A DNA stretch of 64,000 nucleotides, from NCBI GenBank assembly GCA_965248435.1, contig OZ252100.1, positions 3,360,001-3,424,000 of the forward strand, in the 5' to 3' direction. A program made the position numbers and the translations under genes. Of this stretch, positions 18,044-28,803 are shown in pieces; within the stretch, counting starts at the first letter, position 1, and each line of letters starts with the position of its first letter. The DNA comes from Candidatus Latescibacterota bacterium (GTDB lineage: Bacteria > Latescibacterota > UBA2968 > GCA-2709665). The notes below the pieces were generated by a model. The model worked only from the letters and a program-made list of their open reading frames with translations. It had not been told where the DNA came from and did no database searches.

Positions 18044-19963
18044 TTACTCTTTGTCGTCCACGACTTCGAAGTCTGCGTCCACAGCCTTCTCATCTTTCTT
18101 CTCATCCTGAGCGGGACCCGGGCCAGGGCCGGCTTCCGGTCCGGGCTGAGGCCCTGCTTCAGCTGATGCCTGCTGATAAAGCTCACCAGCAACCTCATGC
18201 CAAACCTGAGTCAGTGCCTCGGTTGCGGATTTGACCTCATCATTGTTGGTCCCCTTTAGGGCCTCCTTCACCCGCCCGACGGCTGCTTCCACCTTCGATT
18301 TGGATTCCTCACTGACCTTGTCGCCCATTTCGTTGAGCTGCTTCTCGGTCTGATAGACTTGCTGTTCAGCCTGATTGCGGATTTCGACGTCTTCTCTACG
18401 TTTTTTGTCTTCGGCGGAATGCTCTGTAGCGTCCTTGACCATCCGATCGATTTCAGAGTCGGACAAACCCGAAGAGGCTTCGATGCGGATGCTCTGTTCT
18501 TTGTCTGTCGCCTTGTCTTTTGCTGCAACGTTGAGGATGCCGTTTGCATCGATGTCGAACGTCACTTCGATCTGAGGCATGCCCCGGGGTGCGGGAGGAA
18601 TCCCGTCCAGATGGAATCGCCCGAGCGTTCGGTTATCTACGGACATGTCGCGTTCGCCCTGCAGGACGTGGATCTCTACAGAGGGTTGGCTGTCTGCCGC
18701 TGTGGAGAAGACCTCTGACTTCTTTGTAGGGATTGTCGTATTCCGCTCGATCAGCTTGGTCATCACGCTGCCCAGGGTTTCTATACCGAGTGACAGCGGG
18801 GTAACATCCAGCAACAAGACATCCTTCACATCGCCGGAAAGCACACCGGCCTGGATGCCTGCGCCCACTGCAACGACTTCATCGGGATTAACGCCCCTGT
18901 GAGGCTCCTTTCCAAAGATCTCCTGGACGAGTTCCTGGACCTTTGGGATTCGGATGCTCCCGCCGACGAGGATGACCTCATCGATTTCAGAGGGAGAAAG
19001 CTGGGCATCTTTGAGCGCCTGCAGACAGGGACCTTTGGTACGTTCGATCAGGTCGTCGACGAGCTTTTCAAATTCCGCTCGATTCAGGGAATAATTCATG
19101 TGTTTCGGGCCGGAGGCATCTGCCGTGATGAAGGGCAGGTTGATGTCGGTCTGCGGGGAGGTGGAGAGTTCGCATTTGGCTTTCTCCGCAGCCTCTTTCA
19201 GGCGCTGCAGCGCCATGGGATCACTCCGAAGATCAATCCCGCTATCCTGATTGAATTTGTCAGCCATCCAGTCGATCAAGCGCTGGTCGAAGTCGTCGCC
19301 CCCGAGGTGCGTGTCACCGTTGGTTGACTTGACCTCGAAGACCCCGTCACCCAGCTCGAGGATCGAGACGTCGAAGGTTCCACCGCCCAGGTCGAAGACG
19401 GCGATCTTTTCGTCCTTCTTCTTGTCCAGACCGTAGGCCAGTGAGGCGGCCGTAGGTTCGTTCACGATCCTCAGTACCTCCAGACCTGCGATTTTTCCCG
19501 CATCTTTCGTGGCCTGACGCTGAGAATCGTTGAAGTAGGCCGGTACCGTAATCACTGCCTGGGTCACCGTCTCTCCCAGGTAGTCCTCAGCCGTCTGCTT
19601 CATCTTCTGGAGGATCATGGCCGAGATTTCAGGCGGCGTATAGGACTTGTCCTCTATCTTCACCTCGGCGAGGTCGTTCGATTCGCCGACCACCTCGTAA
19701 GGTACTTCCCCTATCTCTGTGGGGACCTCGTTACGCCGGCGGCCCATGAATCTCTTGATGGAGAAGACCGTGTTGTTCGGGTTTGTCACGGCCTGCCGCT
19801 TGGCCACCTGACCCACCAGACGCTCCCCATCCTTCGTAAACGCCACCATGGATGGGGTTGTCCTTCCCCCCTCCGCATTTGGGATGACGACAGGATCACC
19901 GCCTTCCATGACGGCGACGCATGAATTCGTAGTGCCCAAGTCGATCCCGATAACCTTACTCAT
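18044..19963 (-). CDS. dnaK: Chaperone DnaK
   Basis: [44 protein letters not shown]. The 64-aa N-terminal extension in the ORF track is spurious. Confidence 0.98.
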   Translation of the reverse strand: MSKVIGIDLGTTNSCVAVMEGGDPVVIPNAEGGRTTPSMVAFTKDGERLVGQVAKRQAVTNPNNTVFSIKRFMGRRRNEVPTEIGEVPYEVVGESNDLAEVKIEDKSYTPPEISAMILQKMKQTAEDYLGETVTQAVITVPAYFNDSQRQATKDAGKIAGLEVLRIVNEPTAASLAYGLDKKKDEKIAVFDLGGGTFDVSILELGDGVFEVKSTNGDTHLGGDDFDQRLIDWMADKFNQDSGIDLRSDPMALQRLKEAAEKAKCELSTSPQTDINLPFITADASGPKHMNYSLNRAEFEKLVDDLIERTKGPCLQALKDAQLSPSEIDEVILVGGSIRIPKVQELVQEIFGKEPHRGVNPDEVVAVGAGIQAGVLSGDVKDVLLLDVTPLSLGIETLGSVMTKLIERNTTIPTKKSEVFSTAADSQPSVEIHVLQGERDMSVDNRTLGRFHLDGIPPAPRGMPQIEVTFDIDANGILNVAAKDKATDKEQSIRIEASSGLSDSEIDRMVKDATEHSAEDKKRREDVEIRNQAEQQVYQTEKQLNEMGDKVSEESKSKVEAAVGRVKEALKGTNNDEVKSATEALTQVWHEVAGELYQQASAEAGPQPGPEAGPGPGPAQDEKKDEKAVDADFEVVDDKE

Positions 19964-19982
19964 CTCCTGCTCCTTTCCATAA

Positions 19983-20282
19983 TCATGCTGCTTCCTTTTT
20001 CTTTTTGGATTTCTTTTCCGAGGATTTTTCAGATGACTTACTCTCTTTGGTGCCTTTGCTACCTTCGGTTTCTTTCTTGGCCGCCTGCTTGTAGCTTTCG
20101 CTTCTGTAATCTGTGATGTAGAATCCGGAGCCCTTGAAGAGGAAGCCAGCCCCACCGCTGATCAGTCTGCGCACTTTGTTTTGCCCACACTCCGGACATT
20201 TCCGGATGGGGCGCGCCGTGATGCTCTGGAACTTCTCAAACTGATGATCGCAGGCCTCACACGCGTACTCATAGGTCGGCAT
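19983..20282 (-). CDS. FmdB-family zinc ribbon protein
   Basis: [11 protein letters not shown]...CPECG...[11 protein letters not shown]. Confidence 0.92.
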   Translation of the reverse strand: MPTYEYACEACDHQFEKFQSITARPIRKCPECGQNKVRRLISGGAGFLFKGSGFYITDYRSESYKQAAKKETEGSKGTKESKSSEKSSEKKSKKKKEAA

Positions 20283-20346
20283 TCAGATTCCCTTCGCGAC
20301 AACCGTGTGAAAAGGGGGATTACTTATACGACACGACACTCATCAT

Positions 20347-20362
20347 CGCAAGATATGTACCA
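20347..20362 (-). promoter_or_regulatory. Sigma-54 promoter upstream of the FmdB-dnaK unit
   Basis: Minus strand TGGTAC-ATATC-TTGCG (GG-N10-GC) with an AT-rich tract upstream. Confidence 0.6.
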
Positions 20363-20507
20363 CATGAGAGAATAGTCCATAAATATACATAAAACAATGT
20401 ATTAAATCAATGTTTGCTGGAGGCTCCTGAACATAAAAGCGAAGCCGAAAAACGCCATAGCGGCAGAAATATGCCACTATGGCGCAGTCGTGCTGTTTCG
20501 GTCAGGA

Positions 20508-21674
20508 CTAAGAGGCGTTCTTGATGACCCGGGCAACCGTATCGGCGGCTTCCTGGAGCCCACGAGCGACGTGGAACTCGAGGTTGGACTGCTCCAGGAT
20601 TTTCGCACCCTCTTCTGCATTCGTACCCTGAAGGCGGATGACGATCGGCATGTCCACGGTGATGTCCTTAAGGGCCTGAACGACGCCCTCCGCGACCCTG
20701 TCACAACGGACAATGCCGCCAAATATGTTGATCAGCACCGTCTTCACGTCTTCATCGGACATCAGAATTCGAAAGGCGTTCTGGACCCTTTCGACATTCG
20801 TACCGCCCCCGACGTCGAGGAAATTGGCAGGGGAAGACCCTGCCAATTTCACGATGTCCATCGTGGCCATGGCAAGCCCGGCTCCGTTGACCATGCAGCC
20901 GACCTCACCGTCCAGCTTGATGTAGTTCAGGTCGTAGACAGAGGCCTCAACTTCCAGGGGATCTTCTTCATCCTTATCGCGGAGTTCCTGGATGTCCTTA
21001 TGACGGTAGAGCGCATTGTCGTCAAAGTTCATCTTTGCATCCAGGGCAAGTACCTGACCCTCTGCGGTTACGACCATGGGGTTGATCTCTGCCAGAGAGC
21101 AGTCCGTAGCCGTGTAGGCTTTGTAGAGGGCGGAAACGAACCGGACGCCCTGTTTGAACTGGTCACCTTCCAGACCTAGGCCGAACGCGAGGCGGCGGGC
21201 CTGAAACGCCTGAAGTCCTGCCCCAGGGTCGACGGTTTCCTTCAAGATTTTTTCTGGTGTCTTTTCGGCCACTTCTTCGATGTCCATCCCCCCTGCCTGT
21301 GAACCCATCAAAACCAGGCTGGAACTTGAGCGATCCAGCACGATGCCGAGATAGAGCTCCCGCTCGATGTTGGAGGCCTCTTCGATCAGGACTTGCTTCA
21401 CCTTCTGGCCTTCTGGACCGGTCTGGTGTGTTACGAGGTTCATCCCGAGGATCTCTCCTGCAACACTGGCCGCTTCAGCTGGATCTTGCGCGAGCTTGAC
21501 ACCTCCGCCCTTTCCGCGTCCTCCGGCGTGAATCTGGGCCTTGACGATGACGCGTCCCCCGAGATCTCGAGCGATCGTTTCGGCTTCATTTTCAGTCCTG
21601 GCCACTCCGCCCGAAGGGACGGGCACGCCGTGGGCCTTCAGGATGTCCTTCGCCTGGAATTCGTGAATTTTCAT
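20508..21674 (-). CDS. sucC: Succinate-CoA ligase beta subunit
   Basis: MKIHEFQAK, KAQIHAGGRGK, VNGAGLAMATMD, NIFGGIVRCD. Confidence 0.96.
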   Translation of the reverse strand: MKIHEFQAKDILKAHGVPVPSGGVARTENEAETIARDLGGRVIVKAQIHAGGRGKGGGVKLAQDPAEAASVAGEILGMNLVTHQTGPEGQKVKQVLIEEASNIERELYLGIVLDRSSSSLVLMGSQAGGMDIEEVAEKTPEKILKETVDPGAGLQAFQARRLAFGLGLEGDQFKQGVRFVSALYKAYTATDCSLAEINPMVVTAEGQVLALDAKMNFDDNALYRHKDIQELRDKDEEDPLEVEASVYDLNYIKLDGEVGCMVNGAGLAMATMDIVKLAGSSPANFLDVGGGTNVERVQNAFRILMSDEDVKTVLINIFGGIVRCDRVAEGVVQALKDITVDMPIVIRLQGTNAEEGAKILEQSNLEFHVARGLQEAADTVARVIKNAS

Positions 21675-21733
21675 GGTTGTCTCCTGAGTAAAAGGCAGGG
21701 CGAGCACTTCGCCCCGATGTTTTCGCTCAACAG

Positions 21734-23308
21734 CTAGATGCGGAGATCCTTGCCCGTCATCTCGGGCGGCTGAGGAAGGCCCATCAGACCGAGCAGGGTC
21801 GGCGTCACATCGCAGAGCGCGCCACCCTCTCGAAGCGTTCCTCGGAACGAAGGATCGACCAGAACCAGGGGCACCCGGTTCGTGGTGTGTGCGGTGTGGG
21901 GATCGCCTGTCTGCTCGTGCAGCATCCGCTCGGCGTTTCCGTGATCGGCGGTGACGATGGCGGCACCGTTGACCTGCTTGATGGCTTCCAGGACTTTCCC
22001 CAGGCAGACGTCGACGGTCGCAACCGCCTCGATCGCGGCGTCGAGGTCGCCTGTATGGCCAACCATATCGGCGTTGGCGAAATTACAAACCGCCGTGTCG
22101 AACTCACCGGACAGAACGGCCTCTGTGAGTCTCTTTGCGACCTCCGGTGCACTCATCGCGGGCTTTTGGTTGTAGGTGTCTACATCTCTTGGGGAAGGCA
22201 CCAGTATGCGTTCCTCTAGTTCGAATGGGGTCTCCTTCTGGCCGTCGAGGAAGTAGCTTACCTGGGCGTACTTTTCGGATTCTGCGATGCGCAGCTGGCG
22301 TTTCCCAGCCTGACTCAAGACTTCTCCGTAAACGTTCGGCAGGTGCTGGTCGAGGGCCGTCGGGGGGTAAGCGACACCATCCACCGGGAGTCCCTCTTCG
22401 TAACGGGTGAGACAGGTGAAGTGGACCTTTGGGAGGACCGCCCGCTCAAACCCGTCAAATTCGTCAAAAACGAAGGCTCGGGTGAGTTGGCGAGGTCGGT
22501 CACCCCGAAAGTTGAAAAACAGAACGGAATCTCCATCGCCGATCGTCGCAAGGGGATCGCCTCCTTCGCGGACGACGACGATGGGTTTGATGAACTCGTC
22601 TGTCTCTCCACGAGCGTAGGCACTCTGAACGGCCTCCAGAGGATCGCCCTCCGGCCTTCCCACACCGTTTGTCAGACAGTCATAGGCCAACTGAGTACGA
22701 CTCCAACGCCTGTCGCGGTCCATCCCATAGTAACGTCCGCAGATCGTGGCCACCTGACCCAGGCCTGCTGCGTTGCACCTGTCGAGCAGATTGCGGACGT
22801 GGCCGAGGCCGCTTCGGGGCGGTGTATCACGCCCGTCGAGAAAGGCGTGCAGATAGACCTGCTCGGGCGCCAGTCCCCTGGCTGCGGCCATCTCCAGAAG
22901 GCCTTCATAATGGCTCGGCCAGGAATGGACCCCCCCGTCCGAGACGAGGCCCATCAGGTGGAGACGACGCTCTGTTCCGAGCAAACGGTCCATGCAGGTG
23001 ATCAGGGCCTGATTCCTCCAAAAGCTGCCGTCCTTCACGAAACCTTCGATCTGTGTCATGGCCTGCAAGACCACCCTTCCGGCGCCAAGGTTGAGGTGGC
23101 CGACCTCAGAGTTCCCCATGAGCCCTTCCGGCAGTCCGACGCTTCGGCCCGAGGTGCACAGCGTCGTATTGGCACAAGAAGACCAAATGGCATCCATCGT
23201 AGGGGTTTCTGCCAATGCGACGGCATTGTGGTCGGGATTCGGATTTAAGCCCCAACCATCAAGGACGATCAGGGCGACAAACCGAGGGCCGGATTCTGGA
23301 TTTCCCAT
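21734..23308 (-). CDS. gpmI: 2,3-bisphosphoglycerate-independent phosphoglycerate mutase
   Basis: LDGWG, MGNSEVGH, SDGGVHS, DMVGHTG, TADHGN. Confidence 0.96.
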   Translation of the reverse strand: MGNPESGPRFVALIVLDGWGLNPNPDHNAVALAETPTMDAIWSSCANTTLCTSGRSVGLPEGLMGNSEVGHLNLGAGRVVLQAMTQIEGFVKDGSFWRNQALITCMDRLLGTERRLHLMGLVSDGGVHSWPSHYEGLLEMAAARGLAPEQVYLHAFLDGRDTPPRSGLGHVRNLLDRCNAAGLGQVATICGRYYGMDRDRRWSRTQLAYDCLTNGVGRPEGDPLEAVQSAYARGETDEFIKPIVVVREGGDPLATIGDGDSVLFFNFRGDRPRQLTRAFVFDEFDGFERAVLPKVHFTCLTRYEEGLPVDGVAYPPTALDQHLPNVYGEVLSQAGKRQLRIAESEKYAQVSYFLDGQKETPFELEERILVPSPRDVDTYNQKPAMSAPEVAKRLTEAVLSGEFDTAVCNFANADMVGHTGDLDAAIEAVATVDVCLGKVLEAIKQVNGAAIVTADHGNAERMLHEQTGDPHTAHTTNRVPLVLVDPSFRGTLREGGALCDVTPTLLGLMGLPQPPEMTGKDLRI

Positions 23309-23515
23309 TCAGCGGATCGAGAAGTGGAGTTTTTTGAGGTACAAGACCTGCAAAATACGGTTTCGTGGCTGGAAAGGCAAGTGCCAGGATCCGGCTGCAG
23401 GCTTGTGAAATGCGGCTTGAAAGCAGGGAGAAAAAGTGATATTTTAGGACGGTTATCCAATTGGTGCTGGTGGCCGTTTCGGCGCGGGGTTCTCCATTTC
23501 TGAAAGGTCGTATCC

Positions 23516-26227
23516 ATGCTATTGTCAAAAGATCCGTTCAAGGCTCGCGAGAAGCTGCGCACTGCAGGTGGAGAAGTCTTCATCTATCGGTTGGATCGGC
23601 TCGAGTCGAGCGGTGTTGGCACGATTTCCAGACTGCCTTTCAGTGTCAAGGTGCTGCTCGAGGCGGCGCTGCGGAGCCTCGATGGGTACCAGGTCCAGGA
23701 GGAGGATGTTGAGGGACTGGCCAACTGGAGCTCCGAATCCTCGGCTCAGGTAGAGATCCCCTTCAAACCTGCCCGTGTCATCCTGCAGGACTTCACGGGC
23801 GTCCCCTCGCTGGTAGATCTGGCGGCCCTGCGCTCCGCGATGGCCCGGCTCGGCGGCGACCCGAAGCGGATCGAGCCGCTGATCCCGTCCGACCTGGTGA
23901 TTGACCATTCGGTCCAGGTGGATCGATTCGCCTCAGCGGACGCGCTGAAAATCAACGCAGAGATCGAGTTTGATCGAAACCGTGAGCGATACGAGTTCCT
24001 TCGCTGGGGGTCGAATGCCTTTGAGGGCTTTCGGGTGGTTCCGCCCGCGACCGGGATCGTTCACCAGGTGAACCTGGAGTACCTCGCGAAAGGAGTATTC
24101 TCCAGGCAAGTGGCGGGAGAGTGGGTTGCGTTTCCAGACAGCCTGGTCGGGACGGATTCTCACACCACGATGATCAACGGGCTTGGCGTGTTGGGCTGGG
24201 GTGTGGGTGGAATCGAAGCCGAGGCCGTGATGTTGGGCCAACCGATTTACATGTTAACGCCAGAGGTGATCGGATTCAGGCTGCACGGAAATCTTCCAGA
24301 GGGAGCGACCGCGACCGATCTGGCGTTGACGGTGACACAGATGTTGAGGGCGAAGGGTGTGGTTGGAAAGTTTGTCGAGTTCTACGGCACAGGTCTTTCG
24401 AGCATCGGGTTGGCAGACCGGGCGACGATCGCGAATATGTCTCCGGAATATGGAGCGACGATGGGGTTCTTCCCCGTGGATGTGGAGACAATTCGTTTTA
24501 TGAAACGGACAGGGCGGACCGCGGAAGAGGTGGATCTGCTCGAGCGCTACACGAAGGAACAGGGTCTGTTTCGCACAGACGAAATGGATCCACCAGGGTT
24601 CACGGATACGCTCGAGCTCGATCTGAACGGCGTGGAGCCAAGCCTGGCAGGTCCCAAACGTCCACAGGATCGCGTGCCGCTCGTTCAGATGAAGTCTGGT
24701 TTCGCTGCCGCCCTACGGGCGTCTCCGGATGAGCGCGGATTCGGTCTGGACGAAGCGGCGGTCGGTCGGCGCGCGACCGTTGCCTCCAACGGGAGGATCG
24801 AGATTGGTCACGGATCGGTCGTGATCGCGGCGATCACGAGCTGCACGAACACGAGTAATCCCTCTGTGATGGTGGCCGCCGGGCTCCTTGCGAAGAAGGC
24901 GACGGAGCGAGGTCTGAACGTGCCCACATACGTCAAGACCAGCCTGGCGCCCGGGTCTCGCGTGGTGACGGACTACCTGGATCATGCAGGATTGTCTCCT
25001 TACCTGGAACAGCTTGGTTTTCATACGGTGGGCTACGGCTGCACGACCTGCATCGGGAACAGCGGTCCCCTTCCGGAGCCGGTCGTCGAGGCGATCCAGG
25101 AGGGCGACCTGGTCGTCGCTTCCGTTCTCAGCGGCAACCGAAACTTCGAAGGACGGATCCACCCGTACACGAAGGCGAACTACCTCGCCTCCCCACCCCT
25201 GGTTGTCGCCTACGCCCTTGCGGGAACTGTCCATATCGATCTGTCGCAGGATCCGCTTGGAGAGGATGGAGATGGCAGGCCGGTCTATCTGAAGGAGATC
25301 TGGCCGAGTCAGAAGGAGATTTCCGATACGGTCGCCCAATCGCTGAAGCCTGAGATGTTCGAAAAGGAATACGGCAACGTGTTCGACGGAAACGAGACCT
25401 GGAACGCCATCTCGGGGCAGTCCGGCGATCTCTTCGGGTGGAACGAAGATAGCACCTATGTCCAGGAGCCCCCGTTCTTCGTGGGGCTGTCTCCAGATCC
25501 TGCGCCTCCAGAGGAAATCACAGGTGCCCGGGTACTGGTGCGCGTGGGTGACTCGGTTACGACAGACCATATCTCGCCCGCGGGGAGTATCGCTGTCGAC
25601 AGCCCTGCAGGCCAGTACTTGATCGCGCGCGGCGTTGAGCCGTCGCAGTTCAACTCCTACGGTTCGAGGCGCGGAAACCACGAGGTGATGATGCGGGGTA
25701 CGTTTGCGAACATCCGGCTTCGAAACCTGCTCGCTCCGGGCACCGAGGGTGGCGTGACTCTCCATCTTCCCAGCGGTGAGCAGATGAGCATCTTCGATGC
25801 GGCTATGCGCTACCAGGAGGAAGGGACCCCCCTCGTGGTCCTTGCAGGCAAGGAGTACGGAACCGGGTCTTCACGCGACTGGGCAGCGAAGGGGCCTGCG
25901 CTTCAGGGCGTCCGCGCCGCGATTGCCGAAAGTTTCGAACGCATCCACAGGAGCAACCTCGTGGGTATGGGTGTGCTGCCTCTTCAGTACAAGGAGGGTG
26001 AAAACGCAGAATCGCTCGGGCTAACGGGCCGGGAGGTTTACGATATCGAGGGGATCGAAGGCGAGTTGGAGCCGCTTCAGGATGCGGCGGTGAAGGCAAA
26101 GCGGGAGGACGGCAGCATCGCGACGTTCAGTGCGACGGTCCGAATCGATACGCCGGTTGAGGTCGATTACTACCGAAACGGCGGAATCTTGCATACCGTG
26201 CTTCGAAATTTCTTGAAGGGATCCTGA
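23516..26227 (+). CDS. acnA: Aconitate hydratase A
   Basis: [43 protein letters not shown]. Confidence 0.97.
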   Translation: MLLSKDPFKAREKLRTAGGEVFIYRLDRLESSGVGTISRLPFSVKVLLEAALRSLDGYQVQEEDVEGLANWSSESSAQVEIPFKPARVILQDFTGVPSLVDLAALRSAMARLGGDPKRIEPLIPSDLVIDHSVQVDRFASADALKINAEIEFDRNRERYEFLRWGSNAFEGFRVVPPATGIVHQVNLEYLAKGVFSRQVAGEWVAFPDSLVGTDSHTTMINGLGVLGWGVGGIEAEAVMLGQPIYMLTPEVIGFRLHGNLPEGATATDLALTVTQMLRAKGVVGKFVEFYGTGLSSIGLADRATIANMSPEYGATMGFFPVDVETIRFMKRTGRTAEEVDLLERYTKEQGLFRTDEMDPPGFTDTLELDLNGVEPSLAGPKRPQDRVPLVQMKSGFAAALRASPDERGFGLDEAAVGRRATVASNGRIEIGHGSVVIAAITSCTNTSNPSVMVAAGLLAKKATERGLNVPTYVKTSLAPGSRVVTDYLDHAGLSPYLEQLGFHTVGYGCTTCIGNSGPLPEPVVEAIQEGDLVVASVLSGNRNFEGRIHPYTKANYLASPPLVVAYALAGTVHIDLSQDPLGEDGDGRPVYLKEIWPSQKEISDTVAQSLKPEMFEKEYGNVFDGNETWNAISGQSGDLFGWNEDSTYVQEPPFFVGLSPDPAPPEEITGARVLVRVGDSVTTDHISPAGSIAVDSPAGQYLIARGVEPSQFNSYGSRRGNHEVMMRGTFANIRLRNLLAPGTEGGVTLHLPSGEQMSIFDAAMRYQEEGTPLVVLAGKEYGTGSSRDWAAKGPALQGVRAAIAESFERIHRSNLVGMGVLPLQYKEGENAESLGLTGREVYDIEGIEGELEPLQDAAVKAKREDGSIATFSATVRIDTPVEVDYYRNGGILHTVLRNFLKGS

Positions 26228-26252
26228 CCGTGACCTAAAGGAAGCTATCGAA

Positions 26253-26340
26253 GACCGCGGACCACGGACCGCAGACCGCTCAAGCCCCAAAGATCAGGCT
26301 ATATGTTATCTCGCCGTCTGCCGTCCGTCGTCTGTCGTCG
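26253..26340. repeat. Two degenerate heptamer tracts
   Basis: GACCGCG GACCACG GACCGCA GACCGCT and GCCGTCT GCCGTCC GTCGTCT GTCGTCG. Confidence 0.75.
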
Positions 26341-26364
26341 TGCAAGGCGGGTTTGTTTCATAGT

Positions 26365-26397
26365 AAAAGGCCTCTCCTGAGATGGAGGGGCCTTTTT
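26365..26397. terminator. Bidirectional intrinsic terminator
   Basis: AAAAGGCCTCTCC-TGAGAT-GGAGGGGCCTTTTT between convergent genes. Confidence 0.85.
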
Positions 26398-26428
26398 CGT
26401 TGTTCGTGAATCGGGTTATGCAAAGGGG

Positions 26429-27820
26429 TCAGGATTTGGATATGAAGGATTTTGCGTCGATTCCGTACTTCTTGAGTTTCTGATGGAAATTCTGCCACGC
26501 GATTCCGGCCATCTTGGAGGCGTGCGTGATGTTTCCATTCGTCTTCTGGAGGACTTCCCTGATATATCCCTGTTCAAAGTTTTCTCTGGCCTCCTGCAGG
26601 GATAGGTGGGCGTAGCTCTGTTCCAGGGTGGTTGATTTCGGAGTTTCCAGCTGCAGATGTTCAGGAAGGTCTGAAATCTCGAGGAGATCGTTCGCGGAGA
26701 GCGCGATTCCCCTCTCGATGACATTTTCCAATTCCCTGACGTTTCCCGGCCAATCGTATTTCACGATTTGCTGTAGTGCCTCCTCCGAAACCTGGATCTT
26801 ACCTTGGCGGTCCTTTGGCGCATATTTCCGGACGAAGTGTTTTACGAGCAGCGGGACGTCGTCTCTGCGCTTACGGAGCGGCGGGATCTCTATCTCGATA
26901 ACGTTCAATCGATAATAGAGGTCTTCTCTAAACTTACTGGCCTTCACGTCCTCTGAGAGATTCCGGTTGGTTGCGGCAATCAGGCGGACATCTGTCTTTT
27001 TGGGCGTCGTGGATCCGACCGGAATGAATTCCCTTTCCTGAAGCACGCGAAGCAGGCGCACCTGAGCGGCCTGGCTCATTTCGCCGACTTCATCCAAAAA
27101 GAGGGAGCCTGAGTCTGCGGCCTCGAAGATGCCCATCTTCTGCGAGACCGCTCCGGTGAAGGCACCCTTTTCGTGGCCGAAAAGCTCGCTCTCCAGGAGC
27201 TCCTCGGGGATGGCAGCGCAGTGAAGGGCATAGAAGCGTTGCTCTGAACGAGGGCCGTTGTAGTGGATCGCACGGGCGACCAGCTCCTTTCCCGTTCCGG
27301 TTTCGCCAGTGATCAACGCCGTACTTTCTGTTGCCGCGATGCGCTCCACGAGGCTATAGACCTCCTGCATCGGTCCGCTGGTTCCGACGATTCCCTCGAG
27401 CTTGTTCTTTTCCCGGAGCTGTGACTTGAGCTGTCGGTTTTCTTTGGACAGATTGCGTCGCTCAAGCGAATTCTGTATCCGAATGTCGACGGCCTCGGGT
27501 GTGGAGGGCTTTTCGAGGTAGTCGCACGCGCCGATCCGACCGGCTTCCACCGCGTTGGTGATACTCCCGTGTGCGGTCAGCATGATGACCACCTGCTCGG
27601 AGTTCTGATCCATCAAATGATGGAGGGTCTCCAGCCCATCCATATCCGGCATCCGGACGTCGAGCAACACGGCGTCGAAGGCCTTCTTCTCGCAGACCTC
27701 CAGCGCCTGCTTTCCGCTGTCCGCGATCGTGACCGCGTAGCCCTTGAGTTCCAGGCCGATCTTGAAACTCTCCAGCAGGTTCGGTTCATCGTCCACGATT
27801 AACAGCTGGCGTCTGGACAT
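26429..27820 (-). CDS. Sigma-54-dependent response regulator (NtrC/AtoC family)
   Basis: LLIVDDE receiver, GETGTGKE, GAFTGA, FLDEVGE, WPGNVRELEN, Fis-type HTH; ATG 27820 after GGAGG. Confidence 0.95.
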   Translation of the reverse strand: MSRRQLLIVDDEPNLLESFKIGLELKGYAVTIADSGKQALEVCEKKAFDAVLLDVRMPDMDGLETLHHLMDQNSEQVVIMLTAHGSITNAVEAGRIGACDYLEKPSTPEAVDIRIQNSLERRNLSKENRQLKSQLREKNKLEGIVGTSGPMQEVYSLVERIAATESTALITGETGTGKELVARAIHYNGPRSEQRFYALHCAAIPEELLESELFGHEKGAFTGAVSQKMGIFEAADSGSLFLDEVGEMSQAAQVRLLRVLQEREFIPVGSTTPKKTDVRLIAATNRNLSEDVKASKFREDLYYRLNVIEIEIPPLRKRRDDVPLLVKHFVRKYAPKDRQGKIQVSEEALQQIVKYDWPGNVRELENVIERGIALSANDLLEISDLPEHLQLETPKSTTLEQSYAHLSLQEARENFEQGYIREVLQKTNGNITHASKMAGIAWQNFHQKLKKYGIDAKSFISKS

Positions 27821-27841
27821 TTTAGCCTCCAAAAATTCCAA

Positions 27842-27865
27842 CGCAGAGACGCAGAGATCGCAGAG
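27842..27865. repeat. CGCAGAGA-type intergenic repeat, copy 1
   Basis: CGCAGAGA CGCAGAGA TCGCAGAG; related copy at 47382. Confidence 0.65.
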
Positions 27866-27900
27866 GATTAAAGGAACACAACACGACGGATGCTTCGGCT

Positions 27901-28803
27901 TTACGACCGGCGGTCGACCTGCCTCTTCTTTACCCAGAGCAGCCCAACATTGATGAGGATGAATACCCAGACCAATACGAGGCCGAGTCTGCGATTCTGC
28001 CGGGTCTTGAGCAGACCGGAGACCTGGTCCATCGCTTTCCGCACCAAAACGGCGGACCGATCGGCCGACGCTTCGATTTCGTCGACCTGGAGGCCGTGCC
28101 ATACCAGCCTGGCCTGGGTGAATTCCGTGCGCGCTTCCTGGATGGTCTGCCTGGGGCGTTTCAAATCTACACCCAGCTCTCCTGCAAGATCGATTGAAAT
28201 GCGGGCCTGGTCAAGTGAGTCCCGCAGCCCGGAGAAGAGCAGTTTTACGTTCTGACCCATCTCAAAAGCCGATGAGGGCCGGGCATGACATTTTAGACAG
28301 GCGGCCTCGACACCGCCGACCGTTGGATGGCGGACGTTGTGATTGCTGTGGCACGAGGCACACGCAAGGGCGCCAGTCGTTTCCATCCCGAACTTGTGAG
28401 GACCGCTGCTGAAGTTTTCCATGGGACCCGCGTGGCAATTGCCGCATACAAGGGAACGATAAGCCCGACTTTCAGGCATTCTGACGGGAGCCATGTCGTG
28501 GATGCCGTGGCAGTCGATGCAGACTGCACCAGGACGGGCCTCATCCCAGTGGACAGAGACGGAATAGTCCTGGAGCTGTTCGTTGTGACAAGGGTCACCG
28601 CACATTGCAGGTATAGATTCGCGTGGAATCGAAACGGGCTGTCCGGGTTCGTGACATCCTTCACACCCGATGAGTTCGTGCACGCTTCGAAGAAAGGCGG
28701 CGTGTTCGTCGGGGCCGAGGTCTTGCAGGGCGTGAGCATCGTGGAAGGCAAGGAGGGGTAGGACGACCCACGCAAAATGACGAAGACCGGAGGTCGCGCT
28801 CAT
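27901..28803 (-). CDS. Membrane-anchored multiheme cytochrome c
   Basis: Signal peptide (AHA), five CxxCH plus one CGDPCH, helical region, C-terminal TM helix; ATGA overlap with cytochrome b. Confidence 0.88.
   Translation of the reverse strand: MSATSGLRHFAWVVLPLLAFHDAHALQDLGPDEHAAFLRSVHELIGCEGCHEPGQPVSIPRESIPAMCGDPCHNEQLQDYSVSVHWDEARPGAVCIDCHGIHDMAPVRMPESRAYRSLVCGNCHAGPMENFSSGPHKFGMETTGALACASCHSNHNVRHPTVGGVEAACLKCHARPSSAFEMGQNVKLLFSGLRDSLDQARISIDLAGELGVDLKRPRQTIQEARTEFTQARLVWHGLQVDEIEASADRSAVLVRKAMDQVSGLLKTRQNRRLGLVLVWVFILINVGLLWVKKRQVDRRS

Noticed and set aside
19964-20155. N-terminal extension of DnaK
   Set aside because: It overlaps the FmdB-like gene in another frame; the canonical [10 protein letters not shown] start has its own RBS. 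Similar over-long starts were trimmed for the ORFs at 8725, 28102, 29097, 30071 and 63865.
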